Below are positions 21,501 to 36,500 of a stretch of 64,000 nt of DNA, piece after piece (position 1 is the first letter of the stretch; each line of letters begins with the position of its first letter). A program made the translations under genes and the position numbers. Under the pieces are notes generated by a model. The model was not told the DNA's origin. It worked only from the letters and a program-made list of their open reading frames with translations, and did not search any database. Source of the stretch: Phoronis australis (Eukaryota > Animalia > Phoronida); contig NMRA01000088.1 of the NCBI GenBank assembly GCA_002633005.1, positions 870,864 to 934,863 on the forward strand, in the 5' to 3' direction.

Positions 21501-24500
21501 GGAGTTAGACATTAAATTTGAAAATTGAATGTTTTAGGTTTTCAAAAAACAGAAAGAATTTTTTAAAATAATTTTGTAGTTAGGAGCTAAAAGCAAATTC
21601 TAGCAAAGACTTGTTTGGGTACTCTCGGCTTGAGGCAACAGTGAGTGGACTGCAATAAGTCAGAGAGACACAAGTTGAACAAATAGATCTAGGAAACAGG
21701 ACGCACACGTGCACTCAATACACCCATTGACTCTACCCAGTCTCACATTAATACTGCGACCTAGAAAGGAACCACGAACTGATACATTAAAGTTTGAAAA
21801 CAGATAAAATCTTTAGTGACCTCAAATTGGCAAAATTTTGCAGCAAAAGAGGTCCAGATTATTGCCTTTGACTCGACTTTCAGTCAATTTAACTTCTTCT
21901 TCTTCGCCATTTTGTTGAAGGTGATCATTAGCAATGATCACTTGCCAATAGCTGACAGCTCTTCATATAATTTTAGACAAATTTTGTAAATCTGCGTCTG
22001 ATTTCCCGCAAGACTTTTGCCATAACTTCTACGACAAGAAGAGCAGACAGACAACTGAAAACTTTCTCACAGTTACAACAACTGTTGGTCAACACTGTTG
22101 CCATAACAACACTACAAACTCACACAGAGGTCAGAAATATGACACGCGCACACGTACAAAAATAGATTATAATCAAATTATACAAAGCCAGACTATCTAA
22201 GTATCAGCTCCAAGCATCTCAGGTGAGTCAGTGTATAGGCAATTTACCTGCTTTGCCCCCAGCTACAACACGAAAACAATGAACTCCAAATTACACAGAC
22301 AATAACGCCGTACAGCGACACGTACACCATAAAGAAACTAAGACAAGTTGGACGACATTGAGCGACACAACAAAAAATATATTCCCTACATATCTTGCTA
22401 ATAAAACAAAGGCAGTGGAAATAATGATAGTATGAACTAATAATTTGCAGCTATAAACAACACGGAAACACAGCCGAAATATGTACAAGTCGCAAAAATT
22501 CATTTGATTTTATTTGCTATTCAGGAGGGACAGTTTTCCAACTAGCACTGAGGTTTATATTTTATTGACGCCAAAATATCTGACTCACGTGCATATTATT
22601 TTCATCGCTATTATTATTTTTATTATCATCATCATTGTAGTACATTGAGTGCTGCTTCAGTACAGAGACTTCGAATTAAGACAAAACAAGAAACAAACGG
22701 ATAAAATAAAATCTCAAAATAAGACCAATAAGCTCCACTCTGACCAAAATATAATGTGAATACAAATCTGTGTTATTTCAAGTCCCGTTTTTGTGAAGCA
22801 TTGCAAAATTGAGTAAAAACATTCAACAATCTTATACAGTCAATCTTTGTTGCTGCCATCCTCACGTGCGTTTTTTTTATAGCTGAAAACTTAAAGGCTA
22901 CAAGAAACCCACCTCCTATCAGGAATATAATTTTAGAATTAGACCACTTACTGAGTGAAACTCGTCTCCACTTGTCGTTTACTCACATATGAAGTGACTT
23001 CTAGACTTAGAAAGAACTGATATTGACTGGCAGCTTGAGATCAGGCCCAACACACTGGCATGACCAGGTAGGTCATCTAATGAGCCGAGTACACGCTGAC
23101 ATGACCAGGTAGGTCATCTAATGAGCCGAGTACATTGAGCTGCGTTGCGTAGACGAAGATGCTTGCGAGTACAGTTAATAAGTAGAATCATGTACTTCCC
23201 TTGTAACGCATGTCAATAATTCGCAGGAGTTTTGCATCAATGAACACTCCTTCCCAAGACAAGACGTCACGTTTAATGTGAGCAAAGAACAAGTTGCGAC
23301 CGGTTTTATTACAGTACGTTACCTAAAACCAAAACCAATTTACTCGACAGTAGGCAAGTTTACAGTGCCTGAAACAGAGACTACAACAAGCTTCATGGTC
23401 ACAGTTCACTCAAAAACTCACACTTGGAGTGCTGGTAGCTGCTGCCGTCAGAGTTGCGTCGTGAAGAGTTGCGCGATGCTGACCTCGAGCCGAGCTTGAA
23501 ACGAGCGATGAGCAACACCACCTTACCCATGGTTGTCTGAATGAAAACAAAACCAGTAAAGACAGTTAAGTTCACTTAACAACTGATAGTAGTGTTACTG
23601 TAAAACACTGCAACATTACAAGCCAATCACACAACTGGAACTACATTACACATCAAAATTTTGTTATCCCGTCACTGTGGCCAACTCCATTGTCCGCCAT
23701 GATGGCCAATGTTGATACCACTGTCACAATGGCTTATGCTGTTACCCTATCATGACAACTTATTGCATTACTTCAGCACAAGCACTTAATCTGTTAGCCC
23801 CATAACAATGGTTAATGCCATTACCCAATCACAACTCCACCAACCCTCATGTCGCTAATTCCATTGACAATAAAAATGATAACTAGAGCCTCGTTTTGGC
23901 GACATCCTCTCTCACAGAACAGCATTAACAACTTGATAACCTTCCGGTAAATTCTCTGTCATTGATGACGGACAGTTGCTATGACACTGAACTTTACTTG
24001 CTCTCAGCTATCATGATGGAGTTCCGTGTAATTCTGTTCAACTTTTTTGGTGTGTACCACAAAATTTCCGTGTTCTACCTAAGTATCCCTTCTCAATGTT
24101 AAGCCAGACAGCAAAAAGTTGTAGATTGTCCACAATGTTATAAACACGCCATGAGTAAAATGAAAGTTTCTACTTATAAAAAGCACAGGTTGAATCTTCC
24201 GCTTCTACGTAAAAACCCTAACACTGCATGTTACAAATTTAGGCATTTCAATAAAACAACCTCTCCTCTCCGACATATTCATCAGAATTCAAAAGCAGTC
24301 TGACTAAAAAAAGTCAAAATTTGGCAATAAAAAACACTGAAATTTATAATCAATACCATTTTATTGCTCAAGCTAATAATTACAATCATTGTTCAGCACA
24401 ACACACCATTTCTTTAACATTGCCCAAGTTTAGACAATTAATTACAGGAACCACTTGCAGCAAGTCGAGTTTCCCAGAAACCAACGTTACCTTGAGGGTA

Positions 24501-27500
24501 GCTGCTGCCACCTCTTGAGTGGCGCTCCTCATATCCTCATCATTGACGGCCAGAATCTGGTCACCCTGCATCAGTCGGCCATCTGCCTCAGCCACGCCTC
24601 CCGACACCTGTGACGGACAGATCATCATTGAGAATTCCAATTCAAAGCGGACAGAAAAATTCATTATTCACAGAAAAAAAGGAAACTTGCAGATGAGTTT
24701 CAATATCATTCATGGAGTTTTAAAGTAAAGTTTAGTAAAACTTGCATAAAGGTACTAGGCTGATAGTCAGTTAACTTGGGCAGAGTTCAGCAGTACGGTT
24801 GCTGTAGTTTATTAAGTAGATCCTTTCAAGAAGTCCGATTTCACCTAACCTGGTCCACTCATGTATGATAAGTACGAGTAGACATTTTGACTATGACAAG
24901 GAGGCTAAGTTCACTTGTACCCTTACTATATCTGATATGTAGACGCCAACATCATTTTTCTTTCCCACAATGCTCAGTCCAAGTCCTTTGCCTGGCCTCT
25001 TCATCAACTCCACTTCGAAGGTCTCGTAGAGGTCGTCTTGTGGACCTTGACCGTCACGCTCCCTGTAGACGAGTATTGGTACTATTGCAGGCGTCTGGCG
25101 CAGCACCTCGATGGCGCGGTCGTGCGTGGCCTCACGGAGGTCGTGATGATTGACCTCCAAGATCTGGTCCCCCGCCCACAGGCGGCCATCGCGTGCTGCA
25201 GCTCCGTCTTCGTACACCTCGTGGATCACTACAGCACCCTGGAATACATCAGTGTCGTGTTTGCAGTTTACAACAGGTGTCACTGATCACCACAGCACAC
25301 GAGTACATTACACTTCAACTACTGGAATTAACAACAGATGTCACTACACTTCAATTACTTGAGTTTGTCATTGAGGGTGATTTTTTATCTTAGTAATTAC
25401 TCTTAATGCCCCTTGCAGCATCATATAATCATGGTTTGGATTGTGTTTGCAGAGGCATCCTTCGCTTCGTTTTTGTTTTTTAAATTCTATCTTAGGCTAA
25501 GCGAACTTAATTACACAACAAAACATACATCACTGATTTCTTCAACAGGAAAATGCACTGCAGTTCACATGAATTTTTCCAATTTCAAGTTTGTGATTTT
25601 GACTTGACCTAATTAGAGACTTGACCTAATTACAGCTGCATGGTCTTAAAAGGAAGTAATTTCTACCAAACTTGACTTGTCTACACACCAACAGGGTGTC
25701 GGCCCCACCCACGATGCTCAGCCCGAGGCCCGAGTTTCCCTTCTCGATCTCAATAAGTGTCTCTTGGCCGGGAATGACAGGATCAGTGCGAGGGTTGCTG
25801 TCAACCTCCTCAGGTGACGCTGTCTGTACCATGGCTATCGCTGGAGCTATGCAACAGAGTGGGTATTGATAACAAACAATGAACAGAAAGACAAAAACAG
25901 CTTGGTACAAAATCATAACAAATGTAGGAAAGCTATTCAAATGATAACAGCTGGATAGTAACCTGTTGGTGTTCGACTACCAAAGGGAAAAAAGCAAACG
26001 ATCAACTGGTGCTGCAGGAGCATCTCATTTTCAAAGTTACTAAATTAAATTTGTTTGCTTCAGGCAACTCTACACTTATTTCACACACACATCATTGCCA
26101 AAATTGTCATATTTCACCTTTTCAAGGTCGATTGCTTTGCTGCAAACAACAGACCTACACAGCACAAACCAAGTTAATAATAGACTATAATTGTTTTAGT
26201 CGTTATTGTTATTGAGAAATAAGACAAAATTAATGAAGATAATATTTTACTAGTCCATCATACTGAGTTACAGAAGTGAAAGAATACCTGGATGCCACTC
26301 AAGATAATGCTCATAATTGACAGCAACATGCAACTCACAATAACAATAGGTAGCTTGAAACTGACCACATGGTGCCAGTGAAATAACAATCCATTAAACT
26401 GCATACTAAGTGAGGGCATTCAGGTGGATTCTTATGCCATACACACACACCTACAAGCAAGTGAGCACCATCCTCCTTATATTACAAAGATTACAAAAAG
26501 GGTACCTATTCTTGTTTGTGTTGCCAAGTGAGTACTAAGTATTTAGTATGCGATGATAATTTTTAAAGCCATAAAAACGTGACACACTTCCAGACCGTCA
26601 TATTCAACAAACAACTAACAACCTGTTTACATTACCTTCTGTTGTCTGTTCTTCGACCACACCTTCTTCCATTGGCATTATGGGTATGGCGCCTGACGCA
26701 CTCTTCTTTACTATCAGCTTCACAGGACCCTTGGCCGTTGTCCGCAGCAGCTCGATGGCCCGGTCATAATAGATGTCCACCAGTGACTGACCGTTCACGG
26801 TGATCAGCTGGTCACCCACGCATAGGCGGCCATCTTGCTGGGCGACACCCCCTGGAGTCACGTTCTTCACGTAGATGCCCTCCTCACCGGACACTGTACC
26901 CTCCATGATGGCGAAGCCGAGGCCAAACTGGCCCTGAAAGATTAACGGCCGCTACGGTAACAGAAATCGCCATGGTAACAGCAGCAGACAGACTCATCAA
27001 TAAAATATCTCGTTTCCCCACAATCTCACTATGTGTTGTAGTTTTCAAAAGTTCAAAATTGGTTTCAAGGAATTAAACTGGCTTTATCAAAAACTCAATT
27101 AATGAAAACAGATTTGCCAAACCATTTATTTAATTTAATTTGTGCTTTGAAAATTTGCCGATTTTGGCCCAGAAGAAACATCCCCAATTTTTTCTTGGAA
27201 ACTTCAAGCAGAACCACAATGCTGGAAAGAGAGCGATTTATGAAAGCGAGGCTCATAAATTAAGCACTGATGCTAACCTTTCCAGGTTGCATTTTCAGAT
27301 TTTTGTAGTTATAAAAAATTTGAGCATTACAGCAAAACGCACTCTGCGCATTATCACCATATAACCACTGGGTGCTGGAATCACGCCCAGATATCACGCT
27401 TTCTGGTGCTTTCTGGATTCAACTGTTATTATTGCACATTGTTCATAATAAATATTAAAAAAGTGCCAGAGTCACCAACTATTTGGTCTCTATCCAAGTC

Positions 27501-30500
27501 TAGCGATCACATGTTAACATGGTATTACTACAGGACAAGCCAAAAGAATTCTGACAAAATTACCCAGAATTCCCCCGTCATTACCAAGAATGGAGGGTAA
27601 TTAACAGTAAAACTGGTGAGGTGGCTAAGCCACTCTGTCATTAGAATTTTGCCCAATCAATAACAACTACCAGTCATTGATTCTGTTGCTGTCATGACAG
27701 GGGAATCGTATTTTGCCCGATTACTTTGACTTGTACTGTATCTACGATATAAGGACAGATCAGTAACCTCTGATGTCACTAGTCTATGTCTTTCAATCAC
27801 GACAATGAACACATCTCATTCTACTTGGCATCGTCCTCAAATGAAACAACCTTCTAACAATTTTTCTTGCTTTCATACCTTTTCCAGGATTATCTCTTCC
27901 AGGCTGATTCCATCCCCAAACTCGCCGAACACGGCGGCCTCGCTCTCACTTTCGACGCTGTAAGGACTGTTGACGAACGCCTCGACGACATGCGCTTGAG
28001 GACCGACAGCCATCATGTCCTCAGCGTCGTCACGTCTACAGGGGAGACAAATACAGCTAATGGAAAACTTACTAACTAAATTAAGAGCCCTGCTGGCACC
28101 CCCCAGGTATCTGAACATGCAACACATTTTTAATAGGTAGAAACTTCTCAATTATTTCACTATCTTGCAAAAATGATAAAACACATATTTCTGTTTTTCA
28201 AAGGATCATTAGTTTTACAAATAATTAAAATTTTGTAAATTGTTCCTTGTCCGCTGCACATAACAAATATGTTACAATTGAAAAGACAAAGTAAACATTT
28301 CTTGATGCATACTTTCCTTTGTTGACAAAAAATAAAATTTCCCTCACCAAATACATACAACACTTTACAAACCATGTTCGTCAGGGTCATGAAATTTCAC
28401 ATAAGCCTAGACATATACCAAGAGAATTTTGCAAACAAGCGACGTCTGTGCACTCTAACTGATAAAACCAATAAACTTTGTAATTCATAAAAATTTCATG
28501 AGCTTACATTAAATCAAGGCAGATTTTTTCTCTGTAGTTTAGGATGAACTGGTAAAGCATTTAGCATATGGAGCCTCTGGGCAAATCATAAATAATAGAA
28601 ACAAATACAGAAAGTGCTTCGCAGTAAGCACATGGTACGTACTGTGAGTCTCCTCTTACTTTGCACAATAATAAATACCGCAATGGTCGTCTTTCCATTT
28701 TTCCACGGCTGATAAACTTTTTGCAAACAATGGGAGTTTCAGCAGGTCACTTTATGATATCTACACACTACAATCCATGATTGTAACAGATGTTCTTAAT
28801 CTTCACTTTTGAGGAAAAATTTAATAATTAAAATAGAATTTCACTTGTCAGTCACTTGTCAGTCACTTGCCAGTCACGTTCTGAGCTAAATAAGTGAAGA
28901 ATCCCCAAATCTGACCCTATTTGTCAAATTTCTCACCAAAATAGAATAAGATCATTCTTTTACTATCCATCACACGGCTGCTGTCAAATAAAATCAGTGG
29001 TGAAATTCTGTGCACGAAATAACCACATTGAAAAGGCAAAAACACGACAGTCATTATCACTATTTTTGTTTTAATTTGAAGAAACTTTACAATTAGTCTC
29101 TATCTCAGTGGAGACATTAAGAAGCAAGATGTTTCCTTAGGCTACTTATTTTTAAAACATCTTTCACCATTCTACATCGAAAATTAAGACAAATCTACAA
29201 CAAAATAAACAAACAAATATCAAAAAGCGTGTTAAACAAACAGTCAAGCAAAGCATCTTTCATACCTGATGAGTACGATTTTGATCATGGGTGAATTAAT
29301 TTTCTTGATAATGGCTGAAGCGTTCAAATGGCTGTGACCATAGAGCTCGTTTCCATTTATCTGAAACAGTATCGGCGTGCTTCATTAACACCAACAGCGG
29401 GTATCATTGCATATCATCGCACTCGGCAAAGAACATTGAACAGATCGGCACACGTCCCAGGGGACTGCCAACAAAGTGTGAACACACAGTTCTGTAATCC
29501 AGGCGGCAGATAGGATTCCCGTTGCCGTGGATACAAATGATGTCGAGCGTTACAAAGAACACAGACACAAGTGAAACGAAACACCAGTCACATTTAGTCG
29601 GAACGAATCGATTAGGAAATATGTGAAAGAAAAAACAGAATAAACAGGTTAATCAATACTAGAACTCCATCTCTCCAATGGCAAATCTTTAACGGCTTTG
29701 TTCGCTAATTTTCTGGGGATTCAATGTATAATTAAACACAAGGCTCCTCAACTGTAAAATGACTTTGTTCTGAATGATCCTACAGTTTAGAAATGGTACT
29801 ACGATAGTGACACACACGCTCGCACATGGTCAGTGGTAGTAATTTGTTTTCAAAAATTCAAAAATAAACAAAAGCTTTTAGAGAAGTTGAACGAAGCTAG
29901 AATTTAAAATTATCTGCAGGAAAATTTTCACATTTACTCAACAACACACACTTCTGGCAAAAGAAACATTAGGGAGTCTTAACTAAGTTTCGATACACAT
30001 CTCTCAAGTTTCTAGCACACCAACAGCGTTTCCAGTCAAAATCTTAATAAGTCACGGTTAAAAATTCCACGACAATTTGTTCTCCATGGAACTTCCCACT
30101 GAAAAAATGTCTTGTAAACTATGCTGATATGCAACCGTACGTCTATTTAAAAACGTGGTGAAAGTGAAAGCCATATTAAATGTGTCATCCACACTGCGAG
30201 CCAAACACAGCCAAACTCTCTGCTCTTACTAGAATTTTGTTTCTGCAAATATCACTCAAACCACGGCATGTAAAGACTCGGTATGCTAAAACCAACTGAT
30301 GGATAACAGCCATTGACAATCTATTTATCTTCTTACTCCAGCCTACAACCTAGACGGCAAATTCCCAATTTGCCCACGCCAACCCAACTTATTCACGAAT
30401 AACGGGTGGGTCTAAATGTTTGCACTTCCCACCCACATCACACTCGAATAACAGGCTGAAGCCTCGGCTTTGACCCACCCAACTATACCAACACAGGAAC

Positions 30501-33500
30501 AGCAGGTCAGCACACCTACCTCCAACAGTTCGTCGCCAACGTGTACGCGCCCATCGTGGTGCGCCGCCGAGCCCGGCTGTACACCGACCACGAACACGCT
30601 CATGGTGCGAAGGTCCCGGTTGCCCGCCAGGCTCAGACCCAGGCTACTTTGACCGCGCTCTATCTCCACAATGTGCAGCTCACCACCCAGTTCACTATAC
30701 TTCCTACGCATCTTCTCTGCAAACAGATTCATGTCGTTTCATTTAAAGGGACAAAACGTGTCACAAACTAGTCGTGTGAACACCAACTTGCACAACACTG
30801 AATAACAAGTCACGGTGACTCTTCCTTTATGGCACACAATATGGTGGATGGAGAACTTACATTTTGGAGGGCTCGGAATGACCAATGACAAAAAGAGGAA
30901 AATTTTCCAGGTGAAGTACGGTTCCACAATTAAATAGGCTTGTGTGATAGAAATAGTTTTTGTGTTGTGAAATTTAACTGCAATAAATGTTTTTGCATGA
31001 ACGAAGTCAAAATAATGATGAAAAAAGAGGAAACTGGAAATCAAATAAGAGGAAATTGAAACCAAGTAAGAGATAATCGAAACCAAAAAAAAGGAAATCC
31101 TGTTAAAAGAGGAAAATTCCACGCCTTGATTTTCTCAAACTTCTCAAAAATCTTGGTTTGTTCTGCATAGATGGCAAAAAACAAGTCGGTGAAAAGTCCA
31201 TCATATACAGCAAGTCAGTCAGCCTTAGAAAAAGAAAGAAATGACGATTTTGGAATCTAAGTTTTTGCGAATAATTGAAGAATTACCGTATAACCAAGCA
31301 TGGTAAGAACCGACATACTGTGATTGCTAAAAGAGTGGAATCAACAAGTTGGACTTTGGAGGCAGTCATATTTAGGGGCAAAGCAACATTGTCAAGTCCA
31401 CTGGAAATAAGTTGGTTCCATGCACAAACACTAGACGGAGTTTGTGCATGGTGGGATAATTACAGAAGTCACGAAATCAGAAGTAAACATTGGAATTCAA
31501 TCATGACATTGATAAATATGATTTAGAGCCTCTACAGGCACAACCAGAAACAGCGGGTATGACATCATCAGATACTGAGATACTGCTTCGTAGATACATA
31601 GCATAACCGTTGAATGTATAAAAATAATTTCAAATCGGTGAATGTGATTGGCCAGCATGCATTTCAACTAGCAGCGTTCCATGCAAGCATTGAAACATAC
31701 AGTAAAATCTCCCCAGTTCTGGACAAAAATAATTGCCAAATTAACAGTTTTCATTTTGGAAGCTTCTTGCATAACTGTTCTTGAATGTCCACAATTTTTA
31801 ACAATACTGTCCGGAGCAATAGCTATGACACAGAACTTGACCATGTAAAAGCATCAATTTGGTGATGAACATCATTTATGGAAAAACAAGAAAATAAAAT
31901 TTCACTTGTCCACTGTATCGTGTCCTAAATTAGTGAGATTTTATAGCAAGTTTGTGCAGCTTATGTTTGCCCCACAGCACTACATCCTGTATTTCACAAA
32001 TTATCAGAATTTCCAGTGGATCTAATCTGCGGGCTGTCTAATACTGTTAACCCATCTTCAGTTAGAAAAGCAATTTTTAGTTAGATAACAGACTGTAAAC
32101 AACTGGACAGTTTCATAGATGCAAGAATCTCGTTAAGGAAACTTGTGTGATGTGCTTCGCTTTAATACACGGCGATATCGCACAGTCTTGCATGTTCTTG
32201 CGTTTTCACCAGATTCTCGCCTCTACGGAATGAACAGCTGGTCTTAATTTATCCCCATCTCAGAGGTAATGTCTGAGCGTGGAAAGAAGTGACACAGTTG
32301 ACCATCAGGTCTCGCAATTTGTCCTGTCCTGGTGGCTCATTTTATGCGCCAGATACAGTCTCCAGATATTAAGAACCATGAATTCTTGCCAAGGCCAAAG
32401 TTTAATTCAAAATACTTCGTCCACGGCGATGCTGTCATTTTTCAAATGCATTGAAACATGGTCGTTGGTGACATCATACTGTGCTACATAAATAACTTGG
32501 CGTCGTGTAAACAACAGTACGGAAAAAGACACAAGTCATTTGCACGCAACAGAATTAAAAGCACGGGTCCATTGCAACATGCTTTTGGGTGCGAGTACAA
32601 CAAAAGAACCATCATGGATAAATAAGATCGAAAGTGAGCAAAATGCATTGAATTATATAGATTACCAATAAAAGTATTTTGTGTTAAAGATTGTTGAAGC
32701 ACATGCCACGTCGAAGTCAAACCACACAAACTAAAATCCAAATTACGTATCAGGCTACACGTCCACAACACATCTTTGACGTCACCGGATGTTTACGAGC
32801 AGAATATGCATTTGAAAAATGACAGCAGTGCTACAGCTAAAATCCCCAGAATTCCCACCTGAGTAAGGAAAAAAGTCAAGGCCAGAATGGCGCAGTAAGT
32901 GGTTTAATTCAAGTGTTTTAAAAATAAATGTGGGTTGGTAGTCACTTGAAAATTTTCCACCAATCTAGTGCTGTATTGTGACACTAACCATAAGCATTGT
33001 GACATAAATAGCCATGACACCGGTGTAAGTTCAACGACCACAAAACGTGCGTCACTACTCCACGACAAATTGATTTCACCGAAGTCATGACTTAATGTCA
33101 AAAGTAGAAAGATCATCAATTACGTGATGCTAATTTCTGATTGCCCTTCTCAGTGATAATTAAAGCACTGTGCCTGTCAATTAGCGAATGTGATGTGCAG
33201 AGAATAGACCACGCTTATAAACAGGAAAACAAACCTGCCTTCGGTCTAAAAAATAACTTTTGATTTAGACCGTCAGAAATCTGGTTCAGACTTCTTCCTT
33301 ACTCAGATTAGCGACGGTTCTCAGCCTTGGAAAGAAAACTTCCAATTCTTCCATAGCCCGGAAATCATTGCCAATCTGAGTAAGGCACAAATTGAGACCA
33401 ATTTTATAACGATATGTGGAATAAATTTAAAGTTATTTTTGACTGCCAAAGTTGGGTTCATTAGCATGACTGAAATAGAGTCAACAGTCAAACACAATCG

Positions 33501-36500
33501 ATGAACTTCAGAAAAATATTATATCAATTACCCTGTGACCAACACTATCAACATAAAAGTAACAAACAATAAAGAAGCAATGGCTTACAAAGATACAGCT
33601 CCAGACACAAGAACAGTAACATTAGAATATCTACCACCTGTTAGCTAACAATAGCTAAAAATAACATTAAGCTGCAGCATTGTGTAAAAGAAATCTATTT
33701 TTAAATCAAACAGAAAGGTATATTAACCAAATGGTAATTAGCTCAAGATTCAGAAAATCAATGAGGCATGAGCCTGATTACTAAGTGTGTCCAGAAGAGC
33801 AACATCTTGTCAGCAGTTTCATGTCATTTAGACGCTGCTGACAACAGAAGTTATCAATATCATTTTCATTCAAAAATAAAGCCACTATTTATCCACTTCC
33901 GAGCAAAAAACAACTTTTGGTTCAGAAACGACCACTTGCCCGCGTGAAATTGGAAAGGCCCTGTCACACCAAGTTCGAGGTACAATTGTGATGACGAGAA
34001 ATAAACCGAGTGGGAACAAACAAGGTGTTGCGCAGTCACAGTACAAAATCAGAGGAAGGTATAACATTCGAGACACATTGCAGGACAAAGCTGTTCGTTT
34101 CCGCCAGTCCATCGTTAACGTCACGCTTGGTTTTGACTTCAGACAACACTGGTTTCTAAATGGAGGCTTAATCCAGACATCAATCTAGAAATCGGTTGTT
34201 AAGCATTCCGTGCTCTTTTGTCTTGCTTCTTGACTTGCGCGCCTATTGTCTACCATACCATTGATCAAAGACTTACTAAAACCATTCATCAACAGGTACC
34301 AGAGAACCGAAACCTAACACATCCATTTTGGCTAATTTTTATTACCATGAATTCCTCCAGGTAAAAATGGTCATAACTTTTCAGAGGAATTCCTCAGAAG
34401 CTGAACAATTTGTTAAGTAAGTTTACTTTAACCGGTGTTTCATAGCCACTAATGCTGTTCAGTTATGGTTTTACTCCCCACATGAGGACCTTAGATTAGA
34501 TTTCCAGATAAACAGGCCTCTTGATGACAACAGGACATGTTAAGATGATCTTGAACGTTCTGAGAACGAGTTTGGTGCAACAAAGCGATAAGTTCAAACC
34601 AGTGGTCTAAATCAAAAGTTATTTTCTAATAGAAGACGTCACTTACTAAGGAAACTTAAAACAATGTTCAGAAATACTTGTGACATGCGTTAAGCCTAAT
34701 GTTAGTTTTGTTACGTAGTCTACGACCTCTACGACTCACCAAGCAGGCTGCGGTCAGCTTTTTCTGAAAATAGTTATCCAATCCACAAGCATTGTACAAT
34801 GCACAAACATTCCAAGTCGGGCGCAGTACAGTGAAAATATCAGAACTACGTGACTAATGTGAATAACGGGCAAAAAGTCAAACAAAACATTAAAATAAAG
34901 TTAAAAAACAATCTCTACTACACGGGAGGTGGGCAACTATCACAATAGCCACTTTCTGGAGCACCACAGCGCCCTCTCTTATTCATCTGCAGTATTTACC
35001 CACAATGCTGTATGTCAGCAGGGCACTTGCCATGCAGTTGTACACCACCACTGTCAAACATTCATCATTATGGTGCCAATTAAGTCTCATTGTTTCTACT
35101 CAGTGAGTTGCAATATTAACAAAAAAGACTGAAAAGCTTCACTTGTCCAACTCAGCTGCGAAGTGTTTGCTGCCCTATATATTGAAAACTAGGTCAGCTG
35201 TACAATGTTTTTCCACTTTTCTTTGTAAAAGAGGATAGGTGAATTCGAGATGTGGTAACCATGGTTACAGCTAAAACCCCCTGTTGCAAAACCAAATGAT
35301 AAAAAAACTGCATAAAACAATACCTGCAGGAATTATATATATATACTTTCTAAGAGTAAATACAACATTTTGAGTTGCATGAATAAAACATATGCCACGG
35401 CTGTTCCATTGGGCAGAAAATGTTAGCAAGACTTATCTTTCAAAAAAAAAATAGAAGCAAATTGAACAGAGCTGGGTACCGTATACTTACATCTACCATC
35501 ATGAACACTCTGTTTTAATGGGGAACAAACATAAAACGCTTTCAGCAAGACCATAGAGGGGCGTCAAAAGAAGGAAGGGTTTAAAATGAAGGCACAGTAT
35601 CAAACATTTTCACCCAAAAACCTCAAAACTTTTAATTATTTCAACAAGGGATGTTCTAAATCTAAAAAGATATAAATCTTGCTAACATGAAATATATTCA
35701 ACAAATATTCAGTTGCACCAGCATTTTTCAATAGTAATTATTAACAGGGGTCATGTATCTTGAGAACCAGTTTCATGCCCGTTAGTCCATGAAGAAAACT
35801 GGTTCTCAAAATGCGGCAACTTTGTAAGTGTCTATCACGCAGCCATCTGCAAAACAGTTTGTCTATCTATAACTTTAAAACTTGGCAACGGCATATTCAT
35901 GATTGGCTAATGGCAGAAACAGCAAATGATGGGGCAGAAAACGAGAGTCACCACGGTTTAAGATAATGGGAGCAATGCTCCACCCCCCACCAAAACAATT
36001 AGAAAAAGGCAACGAGAGCTAATTTTGATTGGGAATCTCAGGGGTAAGAACAGGGGAGGATTGTTCACATTTTCTTTGCACCCCTCAAGAAAACTTTCCT
36101 TCTTTTATGATTATTAGTTTCAAGTAAACTCTCACATGATTGACCTCCATTAGATAAAATTCCATGAGAAATGTCTAGTTCTGTTCATATCCAACCAATT
36201 ACATGTAATCCGCTACCAGATTGGCATTCCATTACTGTTGCTTAGCAACACTTCATTATCCAAAGTCCATTTGTCAGATATTGGGTACACTCATATATTT
36301 GCCACTTGAAAATTTGACTTAAGTTAAAGTAAAAAATATTATGCAACGACAGCACAATTTCAACCATAACAGAACATACGATATACAAGAAAAAGTAAAC
36401 AAAAATGTTAACTTTTCAAAAAAGTTTAAAATTAGTACTGCCATAAAAAGTGGCAAAACTGTTTTATGTTCAGTTGAAAATCAGTTTGATCCGCTTATAG

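Noticed and set aside
32131-32141. U12 branch-site consensus TTTCCTTAAC on the minus strand
   Set aside because: No matching U12 donor in MPDZ and no plausible exon downstream.
33885-34260. CpG-rich stretch with a 79-aa minus-strand ORF
   Set aside because: No phase-compatible acceptor/donor pair that stays open in the MPDZ frame; may be regulatory but unsupported.
35318-35351. cctgcag|gtattg recursive splice site or 26-nt exon
   Set aside because: Short pyrimidine tract, the intron is only 7.7 kb, and the 26-nt exon contains a stop; not distinguishable from chance.
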